Origin: Nitrospirota bacterium
GTDB taxonomy: Bacteria > Nitrospirota > UBA9217
Length of the DNA stretch: 50,803 bases
NCBI GenBank assembly: GCA_035623825.1
Contig: DASPSR010000041.1
Coordinates: forward strand, 1-50,803
Direction of reading: 5' to 3'
Both the position numbers and the translations under genes were made by a program. A model generated the notes under the pieces. It was not told the origin of the DNA. It did no database searches and saw nothing but the letters and a program-made list of their open reading frames with translations. Shown here piece after piece: positions 36,529 to 44,958 of the stretch; the stretch's first letter is position 1, and every line of letters starts with the position of its first letter.

Positions 36529-37530
36529 ATGGGTAAGGAACCAAAAGGTCCGATGGAAGAACCCGTCGACCAAAGAGGGAAAGAAAAGGAACCTCAAAAA
36601 GACACCGGCAGGGGGATCAACAGGCGGGTCTTTCTGGGGGCCATGGCCGCAGCGGGGGGCGCCGTTGTGCTCGGTCGTCCGGAAAAGTCCCACGCCAGCG
36701 CTGAATTTGAAGGATATCCCAACAGCTTCGGCCTGTTGACGGACCTGACCGCCTGTGTCGGGTGCCGCAGCTGCGAAAAGGCATGCAACGAAGAGAATAA
36801 GCTGCCCGCACCTGCCCAGCCGTTCGACGATGGATCCGTCTTCAAAGAGGAGCGGGCGCCGACAGAAAAGGCATACACGGTGGTCAACAGGTATGAGAAC
36901 CCGAAGGACAAGGACAAACCGATCTACCGCAAGATACAGTGCAACCACTGCAAGGAACCGGCGTGTCTCACCTCCTGCCCCATCCATGCATATTCGAAGA
37001 CGCCGGAAGGAGCGGTCAAGTATGATCCCGACCTCTGCTTCGGATGCCGCTACTGCATGACGGCTTGCCCCTTCTATATCCCGGCCTTCAATTACTGGAG
37101 CGCATTGGAGCCCCGCATCATGAAGTGCACCATGTGCTTGTCCAGGATCAAGGCGGGCAAGATGACGGCTTGCGCCGAAGCCTGTCCAGTCGGAGCGATC
37201 ACCTTCGGGAAGCGCGAGGAACTCATCAAGATTGCCCAGGAGAAGATAGACAACAACCCCGGCAAGTACGTTAACCATATCTATGGCCAATACGAGGTGG
37301 GGGGCACCAATTGGCTCTATGTTTCGGGAGTCCCATTCGACCAGGTCGGTTTACCGACGAACCTTCCTAGCAAGCCGCTCATCGAGGAGACCAAGGGCTT
37401 CCTCAGCGCGGTTCCGGTGGTATTGACGGCATGGCCTGCTCTTTTCGGCACGATCTACGCGGCCTTGCGCCATAGAGAAGACATGGCGAAGGAAGAGAAG
37501 GAAGAGAAAAAAGAGGAGGTAAAAAAATGA
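36529..37530 (+). CDS. Tat-exported four-[4Fe-4S] protein (HybA/HmcB-like)
   Basis: INRRVFLG; CVGCRSCEKAC, CNHCKEPACLTSCP, CFGCRYCMTACP, CTMC..CAEACP; YVNHIYG..EVGGT; C-terminal TM. Confidence 0.9.
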   Translation: MGKEPKGPMEEPVDQRGKEKEPQKDTGRGINRRVFLGAMAAAGGAVVLGRPEKSHASAEFEGYPNSFGLLTDLTACVGCRSCEKACNEENKLPAPAQPFDDGSVFKEERAPTEKAYTVVNRYENPKDKDKPIYRKIQCNHCKEPACLTSCPIHAYSKTPEGAVKYDPDLCFGCRYCMTACPFYIPAFNYWSALEPRIMKCTMCLSRIKAGKMTACAEACPVGAITFGKREELIKIAQEKIDNNPGKYVNHIYGQYEVGGTNWLYVSGVPFDQVGLPTNLPSKPLIEETKGFLSAVPVVLTAWPALFGTIYAALRHREDMAKEEKEEKKEEVKK

Positions 37531-38777
37531 GCACGAATATGGCTGTCAAACCAACGACACCGGCAGAGAGCTTCCGGTCCTGGTTCATGGACAAGCTGTT
37601 AATGGGCATGACCTGGCCCGAATACTTCAGAAGCCTGATCACGCCGTTCAACATCGTCGCGGCGGTGATCCTGTGCGTCGGTCTGCCGTTGATCGCGATG
37701 CGCTTTATACTCGGTCTCTATCTGGTGACCCATGCTTCGAACGAGTACCCCTGGGGCCTGTATCTCGGCTGGGGGCTCTTCGGGGGCGTGCCGCTTTCGG
37801 CCACGGGGTTCGTCATGGCGACGGCGTACTACATCTTCGGATTCAAGAGATACCATCCGATCCTGAGACTCGGCGTCCTGACCGGTTTTCTGGGATACCT
37901 CTTCGCCGTGATCTACCTGCTCATCGACCTCGGGAGGCCCTGGAGGATCTATTACCCCATGATCATCGGGTTCGGCACGCAATCGGTGCTGTTCCTGGTG
38001 GCATGGCATGTCGCCACGTACCTCACGGTGCAGCTGGTCGAATTCAGTCCTGCCATCCTGGAGTGGCTCAAGTCTCAACGGGTGCGCAGATGGGCGGTGA
38101 TGCTCACGATCGGCATGACGATCGCGGGTATCATTCTCTCGACGCTCCACCAGTCGGCGCTGGGCGCGATGTATCTCCTCGTCCCCGGGAAACTTCACCC
38201 CCTGTGGTATAGCTCGTACATCCCCGTGTTCTTCCTCAGTTCAAGCATCTATGCCGCTCTGGCGATGGTGATCGTGGTGAGCACGCTGTCGATCCGTTTC
38301 CTGAAGAACAGGACCGACCAGACGTTCCGGGAGAGCCTCCCCAAGCTGACCCTTGGCCTGGGCCAGGGCGCCGCTGTCGGCATGTATGTCTATCTCATAT
38401 TCAAGATCATAGGCATTGCCCATGACAACAACTGGCACCTGCTGGCGGCAGGAGGATACAGCAATTGGTTCCTTCTTGAAATCCTGGGATTCGTCCTGGC
38501 CCCTGCCCTGTTGTTCACGTTCGGCGTTAAAAAGCAGAACGTGTCCATGGTGCGGTTCGCGGCCTTCTGGGCCGTGGTCGGGATCGTCTTCAACAGGCTG
38601 AACGTCTCGATTATTGCTCTTAACTGGAACCTGCCGCATCATATCCAGCACATCATTCCGCCGTGGAGGGAAGCGATGGTGGTCATGGCGATCGCGACGA
38701 TCCACATCCTCATTTTCCGGTGGATTTTGAACCGCATGCCCGTGCTCCATGCGGACACTGATTATGAGGCTCACTAG
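37527..38777 (+). CDS. NrfD-family membrane subunit (HybB/HmcC-like)
   Basis: YPWGL, DLGRPWR, LSTLHQSALG, KLHPLWYS, NRLNV; overlaps the upstream stop codon. Confidence 0.9.
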   Translation: MSTNMAVKPTTPAESFRSWFMDKLLMGMTWPEYFRSLITPFNIVAAVILCVGLPLIAMRFILGLYLVTHASNEYPWGLYLGWGLFGGVPLSATGFVMATAYYIFGFKRYHPILRLGVLTGFLGYLFAVIYLLIDLGRPWRIYYPMIIGFGTQSVLFLVAWHVATYLTVQLVEFSPAILEWLKSQRVRRWAVMLTIGMTIAGIILSTLHQSALGAMYLLVPGKLHPLWYSSYIPVFFLSSSIYAALAMVIVVSTLSIRFLKNRTDQTFRESLPKLTLGLGQGAAVGMYVYLIFKIIGIAHDNNWHLLAAGGYSNWFLLEILGFVLAPALLFTFGVKKQNVSMVRFAAFWAVVGIVFNRLNVSIIALNWNLPHHIQHIIPPWREAMVVMAIATIHILIFRWILNRMPVLHADTDYEAH

Positions 38778-38793
38778 GTAGAAACGCGACAAC

Positions 38794-38901
38794 GCAGCAG
38801 AGACACGGAGACAGGGGGAATGGGAGCGAAAAACACAACTCTGAGGCACAGCGGAATGAATTGCCATCTGATATTCTTTATGTCTCCCTTGTCTCTGCTG
38901 C
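38794..38901. repeat. intergenic inverted repeat element
   Basis: GCAGCAGAGACACGGAGACA (38794-38813) and near-complement TGTCTCCCTTGTCTCTGCTGC (38881-38901). Confidence 0.6.
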
Positions 38902-38948
38902 TTGAACCTGTTTTTGGGAAGTCCTAACGCCGCGCCCTGGGGGTGCGT

Positions 38949-40388
38949 ATGAAGCAAGGGAAACTCATAATTCCTTTGGCGCTGTCTCTGTCCATCGCGT
39001 TACTGCTCGTAGCCGTGCCCGCGGCGGGAAATGCAGGCCTTCCGGGCGAGAACCAAGCCTGTTTATCCTGCCATGCGCAGCATGGGCTCATGGTGACGTT
39101 CGAGAACAAGGAATTTCTCGAGGCCTATGTTGACACCGGTATCATCAGCTCGTCTATCCATCATTCCTTACCGTGTTCGGACTGTCACCCCGATTTTGCC
39201 GGAGGGAAGCACCCGAAGAGGACATTCCACAGCAAGACGAATTACCAGACGAAGGCGGCGCTCGTGTGCAGGCGATGCCATACCGACCGTCAGCTCAAGG
39301 CGAGCAGCGTCCACACGGCGCTCTTCGATCAGGAGAAAACAGGCACAGCAATCGTCTGCACGAACTGCCACGGTTCTCACTCCATCACCCACATAGCGAA
39401 AGCAGCGAAGTACTCGAGCGAGGAGGCGTACTGCTTGAAATGTCACGGATATCGCCTGACACTGACGTTCAGGAACAGAGAGACGCTCTCCGGGACCATA
39501 AACATATCAACGCTGCAGTCCTCGGTGCACAACAAATTGTCTTGCTCCGACTGTCATTATGGATTTTCGTCCGAAGAGCACCCAAAAAGGAATTTCTCGA
39601 CACGCAGGGACTATACACTGGCAGCGTCCGACAACTGCAGGCGCTGTCACTTCGACAAATATACCAAGACCATGGAAGGCATTCATTATACCATGCTGAG
39701 CCAGGGTGACCTGGCTGCCCCGGTATGCATTGACTGTCACGGCTCCCACGGGATATCCCGCATCCAGCGAGCGGTGATCGCCAAGTGGTGCCAACGGTGC
39801 CATGCGGACATCTACGACATCTACGCAAAAAGCGTCCATGGAAAGGCGCTCTTGGGCGAAAGCAATCAGGATGTGCCGGTATGTGCAGACTGCCACACGG
39901 CGCATACGATAGAAGACCCGCGAACCTTGAATTACCAGGAGCGCGTCCCCGATATATGCAGCAACTGCCACGCCAATAAAACCGTGGTCGGGAAGTACGG
40001 CCTATCGACAGCCGTCGTAGACACCTATCTCTCGGATTTCCACGGCGTAACGCTCAAGTTTTACAAACTGCAGCAGGGGGTGCTGAACAAGCCGGCCAGG
40101 CCCATGGCCGTGTGCACGGACTGCCATGGCGTACATAATATCAACAGCACCAGCGGCCCTGATGCGACGGTCGTGAAGGCAAATCTGGTGAAAAGATGCC
40201 AGAAGTGCCATGCGGAGGCGCCCAAGAATTTCCCTGATTCGTGGCTCTCGCATTACGAACCCAGCCTCGAACGGGCCCCGCTCGTCTTTTTCATAACATT
40301 GGCCTACAAGATCTTTATACCGATCCTCGTGGCTGGGCTGGTCCTGCAGATCCTTCTCCACATATGGCGCTATGTGGCCAACCGGTGA
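38949..40388 (+). CDS. 13-heme cytochrome c with C-terminal membrane anchor
   Basis: Signal peptide, 13 CxxCH motifs counted, recurring SVH spacers, C-terminal hydrophobic helix. Confidence 0.9.
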   Translation: MKQGKLIIPLALSLSIALLLVAVPAAGNAGLPGENQACLSCHAQHGLMVTFENKEFLEAYVDTGIISSSIHHSLPCSDCHPDFAGGKHPKRTFHSKTNYQTKAALVCRRCHTDRQLKASSVHTALFDQEKTGTAIVCTNCHGSHSITHIAKAAKYSSEEAYCLKCHGYRLTLTFRNRETLSGTINISTLQSSVHNKLSCSDCHYGFSSEEHPKRNFSTRRDYTLAASDNCRRCHFDKYTKTMEGIHYTMLSQGDLAAPVCIDCHGSHGISRIQRAVIAKWCQRCHADIYDIYAKSVHGKALLGESNQDVPVCADCHTAHTIEDPRTLNYQERVPDICSNCHANKTVVGKYGLSTAVVDTYLSDFHGVTLKFYKLQQGVLNKPARPMAVCTDCHGVHNINSTSGPDATVVKANLVKRCQKCHAEAPKNFPDSWLSHYEPSLERAPLVFFITLAYKIFIPILVAGLVLQILLHIWRYVANR

Positions 40389-40404
40389 TGGAAAGGAGGA
40401 CGAG

Positions 40405-41121
40405 ATGGATATCGACACGTTCATGCAAGATGAACAGATGAAACGATTTCCCTTTGCCCGTATCGTTGAGCACTGGGTACTCGTGCTGATCTTTGGCGTC
40501 CTCGTCTGCACCGGGCTTTCCCAGAAATTCTATTCTCTCGATGTTTCCCAGTGGCTCATCCTTCACTTAGGGGGGATAGACAATGTCAGGCTCATCCACC
40601 GCATCGCCGGAGTGCTCGCTTCATTGGGCGTCATCACGCACCTGGCCATTGCCGCCATCGGCATTGTGTATCTGAAATGGCAGCCTACCATGGTCATAAG
40701 CAAAAAAGATTTTACCGATGTCGTGCAGAATATCAGGTATTACCTGGGCGTGGAACAATCTCCCGCACGGGGCGGCAGGTACACGTACAAACAGAAATTC
40801 GAATACTGGGGGATTCTCACGGGCATGCTCCTGATGATGTTTACGGGGATCATCCTCTGGTTCCCCTTAACGATGACGGCGTTCCTGCCGGGTGAGATCA
40901 TCCCCGCAGCCAAGGTCCTTCACGCGAATGAGGCGTTCGTGGTCTTTCTCATTATCGCCATCTGGCATATCTACAACGCCATCTTCAGCCCCGATGTCTT
41001 TCCCCTGGACACGAGTATATTGACCGGGTACCTGTCGAAGGAGCGGATGCTCCGTGAACATCCCGACGAGCTTGCCGAAATGGAGGAAAAGCCGCGCAAG
41101 AGAACGCGGGCGACTTTCTGA
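40405..41121 (+). CDS. cytochrome b (FdnI/HydC family, CbcL-b-domain-like)
   Basis: RF...EHW...TGLSQKF, LIHRIAG, RYTYKQKFEYWG, TGIILWFP, LHANEA, WHIYN; GGAGG RBS before ATG 40405. Confidence 0.88.
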   Translation: MDIDTFMQDEQMKRFPFARIVEHWVLVLIFGVLVCTGLSQKFYSLDVSQWLILHLGGIDNVRLIHRIAGVLASLGVITHLAIAAIGIVYLKWQPTMVISKKDFTDVVQNIRYYLGVEQSPARGGRYTYKQKFEYWGILTGMLLMMFTGIILWFPLTMTAFLPGEIIPAAKVLHANEAFVVFLIIAIWHIYNAIFSPDVFPLDTSILTGYLSKERMLREHPDELAEMEEKPRKRTRATF

Positions 41122-41153
41122 GGCCCTTCGGAGCGCGGCTTTCCGTCATCACC

Positions 41154-41197
41154 GGGCGCACGGATTGAACGGACCCGCCCCTTTTTCTTTATTTTTT
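41154..41197 (+). terminator. putative intrinsic terminator
   Basis: GGGCG...CGCCC arms followed by a long T-rich run, downstream of the cytochrome b gene. Confidence 0.45.
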
Positions 41198-41222
41198 AAA
41201 CGTGGTGAGTTATAATCTGCCT

Positions 41223-43076
41223 ATGACCAGGCACAAAGGGAGCTTGCGGAAAAGAATAACCTTCCTTATCCTCATAGGGATTTCGATCATTCTGCTGAGC
41301 TTAGGGGTGGCAAGCCACTACATCATTCAAAAGAACATCGATGATCTGCTGAACAAGCAACTCGCTCTGTCCCGTGTTACCAGGAACAACGTAGACAACA
41401 TCATTCAGGATAATATCAACCGCCTCTACGACATATCGATGTCTGGCGCGGTCGATCTGGAGGACGGCAATTTAGCGCCTGAACGGGAGGCCGTAAGGGC
41501 TGCGTACCGTTATTCCATCTTCACCGACGGGATATTCCTGCTGGACAAAGGCGGGAACGTCATCTTGAATTATCCCGAGAGGATGCGGGATGCATCCCTG
41601 AATGTGCTCAGTATCGAACCGATAAGGAGGATGCTCGCCGTCGGGAGACCGGTGGTGTCGAACATTTACACTATTGAACCGTCAAAGAAAAAGATCCTGT
41701 ACGTTCTGGTGCCGCTCAAGGATAAGAACGGACGGACAGTCGGGGTAGCGGGAGGACAGATAGACCCTACCAGCCCGCTCCTGCTGCAGAAATTGGGGCT
41801 GGTTGACATCGGGAAGGATCAGTTCATCGATATCATGGATTCCAACGGGGTGGTTGTCGCCTCATCGAATCCTTCGCGGATGTTCACCCAGTGCGACCGC
41901 AACAGTTTTTTCACGACCATCATCCGTGAACGGAAAGAACGGGTGGCTACCTGCCACGTCTGTCATGAGGGCGGCAAAAAGGAGGAGCGGCTCTCGACCG
42001 TCCTTGCGTTCGTGCCGCTTACAACCGCCCCCTGGGGCATATCCGTACAGCAGCTGAGGGAAGACGTCTTCGCCCCCTCGGAGAACCTCAAGCGGCTCTT
42101 CATCATTCTCGGTTTCATATTCATCGGAACCGCGATGATCCTTACCATCGGCATCAGCCGAAGTATCGTCGACCCGCTTAAGGAACTGATCAGCGGAGCA
42201 GACCGCATCGCGCGGGGAGATCTGTCAAACCCGATCGCCCCGCAAGGGAGCGACGAGATCGGGGTTCTGAGCCAGAGCTTCGAGACCATGCGTGGAAAGC
42301 TGCTTGAATCGGGGAAAAGGATCCATCGTCATACCCAAGAGCTCGAGACGCGGGTCAAAGAGCGAACGCGGCAGATCAGGGAGAGTCAGGAAAGGGCCGA
42401 GAAACTGCTGAAGAAAGTTATTTCCTCCCAGGAGGACGAGCGGAAGCGGATCGCGCGCGAGCTGCATGACGATCCTCTCCAGGAACTGTCGGCGGCGCTC
42501 ATGAGAATCGACATATGCCGGTTACGCCCCGCAGAGGTCACCGAGGAGAAGATGGATGCCGTGCGCAGCATCATCGTGAACGCCTATGACGGTTTACTCG
42601 CTATCATGCAGAACTTGAGGCCTTCGCTGCTCGATGATCTGGGGCTCATCGCCGCGGTGCAATCCCTCCTCGAGATACACCTCCGCGATAAAGGCATCCA
42701 CTATTTCATCAACACCGCGGGCTTGACGGACACTCGGTTCCGTCCCGAGGTTGAAATCATCCTTTTCAGGATCATGCAGGAGGCTGTGGTGAACATCGCG
42801 AGGCATTCCGAGGCAAAGAATGTCTTCATCCTCTTCAGATCCGACAGAAAGAGCGTCTATGCAGAAATCGAAGATGACGGGATCGGCTTCGATGTCGGCT
42901 CCTTGTTCACCCACGCGCCCGATGTCCGGGACCGCCGCGGTCTCGGCATCCTCGGGATGAAAGAGCGGGCGCTCCTGATCGGAGGAGAAATGGAGATTTG
43001 TTCTCAGCCGGACCAGGGCACGAAAATCGGGATCCGGATCCCCTTGAAACCTGCGGAGGTCGAATATGCCTCATAA
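41223..43076 (+). CDS. sensor histidine kinase (Cache-like sensor with CxxCH, HAMP, HisKA_3, HATPase)
   Basis: Two TMs, CHVCH between them, DEIGVLSQSFETM HAMP, QEDERKRIARELHD, FRIMQEAVVNIARH, DDGIGF, GLGILGMKER. Confidence 0.92.
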   Translation: MTRHKGSLRKRITFLILIGISIILLSLGVASHYIIQKNIDDLLNKQLALSRVTRNNVDNIIQDNINRLYDISMSGAVDLEDGNLAPEREAVRAAYRYSIFTDGIFLLDKGGNVILNYPERMRDASLNVLSIEPIRRMLAVGRPVVSNIYTIEPSKKKILYVLVPLKDKNGRTVGVAGGQIDPTSPLLLQKLGLVDIGKDQFIDIMDSNGVVVASSNPSRMFTQCDRNSFFTTIIRERKERVATCHVCHEGGKKEERLSTVLAFVPLTTAPWGISVQQLREDVFAPSENLKRLFIILGFIFIGTAMILTIGISRSIVDPLKELISGADRIARGDLSNPIAPQGSDEIGVLSQSFETMRGKLLESGKRIHRHTQELETRVKERTRQIRESQERAEKLLKKVISSQEDERKRIARELHDDPLQELSAALMRIDICRLRPAEVTEEKMDAVRSIIVNAYDGLLAIMQNLRPSLLDDLGLIAAVQSLLEIHLRDKGIHYFINTAGLTDTRFRPEVEIILFRIMQEAVVNIARHSEAKNVFILFRSDRKSVYAEIEDDGIGFDVGSLFTHAPDVRDRRGLGILGMKERALLIGGEMEICSQPDQGTKIGIRIPLKPAEVEYAS

Positions 43077-43728
43077 GATGAGAGTGCTGATCGCAGACGA
43101 TCATGCCCTCGTTCGGGAAGGTATTGCGGCGTTCCTCAAGCTCTGCGACGATATCGAGGTCGTGGGGGAGGCTTCTGACGGGCTGGAGGCCATCGAGAAG
43201 ACCGGCAAGTTCCGCCCTGATATCGTCATCATGGACATCAACATGCCAAAGCTCGGCGGGCTCGAAACGACCATTGAAATCAAGAAGACGTGGCCGGACA
43301 CTAAAGTGCTGGTGCTGACCCAGTATGAGGACAAGGAATACATAACCCGCTTTCTCAAGGCGGGGGTCTCGGGGTATCTGCTCAAAAAGGCTGTGGGAAG
43401 CGATCTCGTAACAGGGCTGAGGGCGATCGGCAGGGGCGAATTATATCTTTACTCCTCCATTGCCACCGAAGTCGTGTCACGCTACCTCCATGGAGACGGC
43501 AAGGAGGGGATGGAGGACCCCTATGAAAAACTTTCAGACCGTGAAAAACAGGTATTAAGGCTCGTCGCAGAAGGGTATACGCACAAGGAAGTGGCCGACA
43601 TGCTGAACATAAGCGTCAAAACCGTCATTGCGCACCAAACCAATTTAGGCGAAAAACTGGGCATTCGCACCCGAGCAGCCCTGATCAAGTTCGCGATTCA
43701 AAAAGGAATCATAAAGATCGACACGTGA
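43066..43728 (+). CDS. NarL/LuxR-family response regulator
   Basis: LIADDH, DINMP, GYLLK, LSDREKQVL...ISVKTV..H..N...KL. Confidence 0.95.
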   Translation: MPHKMRVLIADDHALVREGIAAFLKLCDDIEVVGEASDGLEAIEKTGKFRPDIVIMDINMPKLGGLETTIEIKKTWPDTKVLVLTQYEDKEYITRFLKAGVSGYLLKKAVGSDLVTGLRAIGRGELYLYSSIATEVVSRYLHGDGKEGMEDPYEKLSDREKQVLRLVAEGYTHKEVADMLNISVKTVIAHQTNLGEKLGIRTRAALIKFAIQKGIIKIDT

Positions 43729-43738
43729 TGGAGGCACA

Positions 43739-44023
43739 TCAGGCCTTTCCATCCACCATTTCCCGCATTTCCTTGCCTGCCTTGAAGAAGGGTACCTTCT
43801 TCGGGGGAACGGATACCGCCTCGCCGGTCTTGGGGTTTCTCCCCTCCTTGGCTCGGCGATAACGGATGCGGAAGCTCCCGAATCCCCGTATCTCAACCTT
43901 GTCCTCGCGGGACAGGGCGTCCTTGATACCATCGAGAACCGTGTTCACGACCACTTCCACCTGTTTCCTCGTCAATCCCGGTTTTTTCTCCGATATTTTG
44001 TCCACCAACTCCGCTTTTGTCAT
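43739..44023 (-). CDS. ihfB: integration host factor beta / HU family
   Basis: MTKAELV, VEIRGFGSF, GRNPKTGE, VPFFKAGKEMRE; downstream of rpsA-sppA. Confidence 0.88.
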   Translation of the reverse strand: MTKAELVDKISEKKPGLTRKQVEVVVNTVLDGIKDALSREDKVEIRGFGSFRIRYRRAKEGRNPKTGEAVSVPPKKVPFFKAGKEMREMVDGKA

Positions 44024-44049
44024 GCAGTACCCCTCCTCCTCCATGCTGA

Positions 44050-44952
44050 TCAGCGATACAAATACTGTAATGCCACAGAACTCCTGCTTATGCCGCTCTG
44101 GATAACATCCGCTATCCAGGACGCGGACTCCTCTTTCAGGTATTCAAAAAATGGGATCTTTTTCCTTTTCTCAACGACCTTCGGCTTCCCCTTGATCCCC
44201 GCCAGGCTTCCCGCAAGGCGGATGCTGTCATCGAGGTCTCCCATCTGGTCCACGAGCCTGAGCGCGAGTGCCTGTTGGCCGGTAAAGATGCGTCCGTCCG
44301 CGATGGCCCTCACTTCGCTCTCCGGGAGATTACGTCCCTCTGCGACAGCCTTGACGAACTGGTTGTGGACATCGTCGATCACGTCCTGCAGGAGCTTCCT
44401 TTCCTGCGGCGTCATATCACGGAAGGGAGAGCCCATGTCCTTGTACTCGCCCGCCTTTACGACCACGCCCTTGACGCCGATTTTCTCGAGCAGTTTCTCC
44501 ACGTTCGCGAACTCCATTATGACTCCAATGCTGCCGGTGAGCGTGCCGGGGTTTGCCACGATCTTATCGGCCGCGGCGGCCACGTAATATCCTCCTGACG
44601 CCGCGACGGACCCCATGGACACGACGACTTTTTTGCCCTCTTTTTTCGCTTTCGTAACGGCGTTGTAGATTTCCTGGGAAACGACCACCCCGCCGCCGGG
44701 GCTGTCGATGCGAATGACGATCGCCTTTATCGATGGATCATCGGTATATTCGCTCAATTCTTCCACGATATGCTCTGACGAAATGAGCATGCCGCTTATC
44801 TTGACCAGAGCCACCCGGTCCGTCCCCACAACCGACAGCGCGGCAGCGGTCCTCCTCCCGGACAGGCTGGACGTTACGAACAGCACCACGAAAAGGAGCC
44901 CTCCGAGCACCACCGCCGTGAGAAGAACAATGAGGATAGGATTTCTTTTCAT
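44050..44952 (-). CDS. sppA: signal peptide peptidase SppA (36K type)
   Basis: RIDSPGG, VAASGGYY, TGSIGV, G.YKD.GSPFR, ADGRIFTG. Confidence 0.93.
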   Translation of the reverse strand: MKRNPILIVLLTAVVLGGLLFVVLFVTSSLSGRRTAAALSVVGTDRVALVKISGMLISSEHIVEELSEYTDDPSIKAIVIRIDSPGGGVVVSQEIYNAVTKAKKEGKKVVVSMGSVAASGGYYVAAAADKIVANPGTLTGSIGVIMEFANVEKLLEKIGVKGVVVKAGEYKDMGSPFRDMTPQERKLLQDVIDDVHNQFVKAVAEGRNLPESEVRAIADGRIFTGQQALALRLVDQMGDLDDSIRLAGSLAGIKGKPKVVEKRKKIPFFEYLKEESASWIADVIQSGISRSSVALQYLYR

Positions 44953-44958
44953 GCAGCG

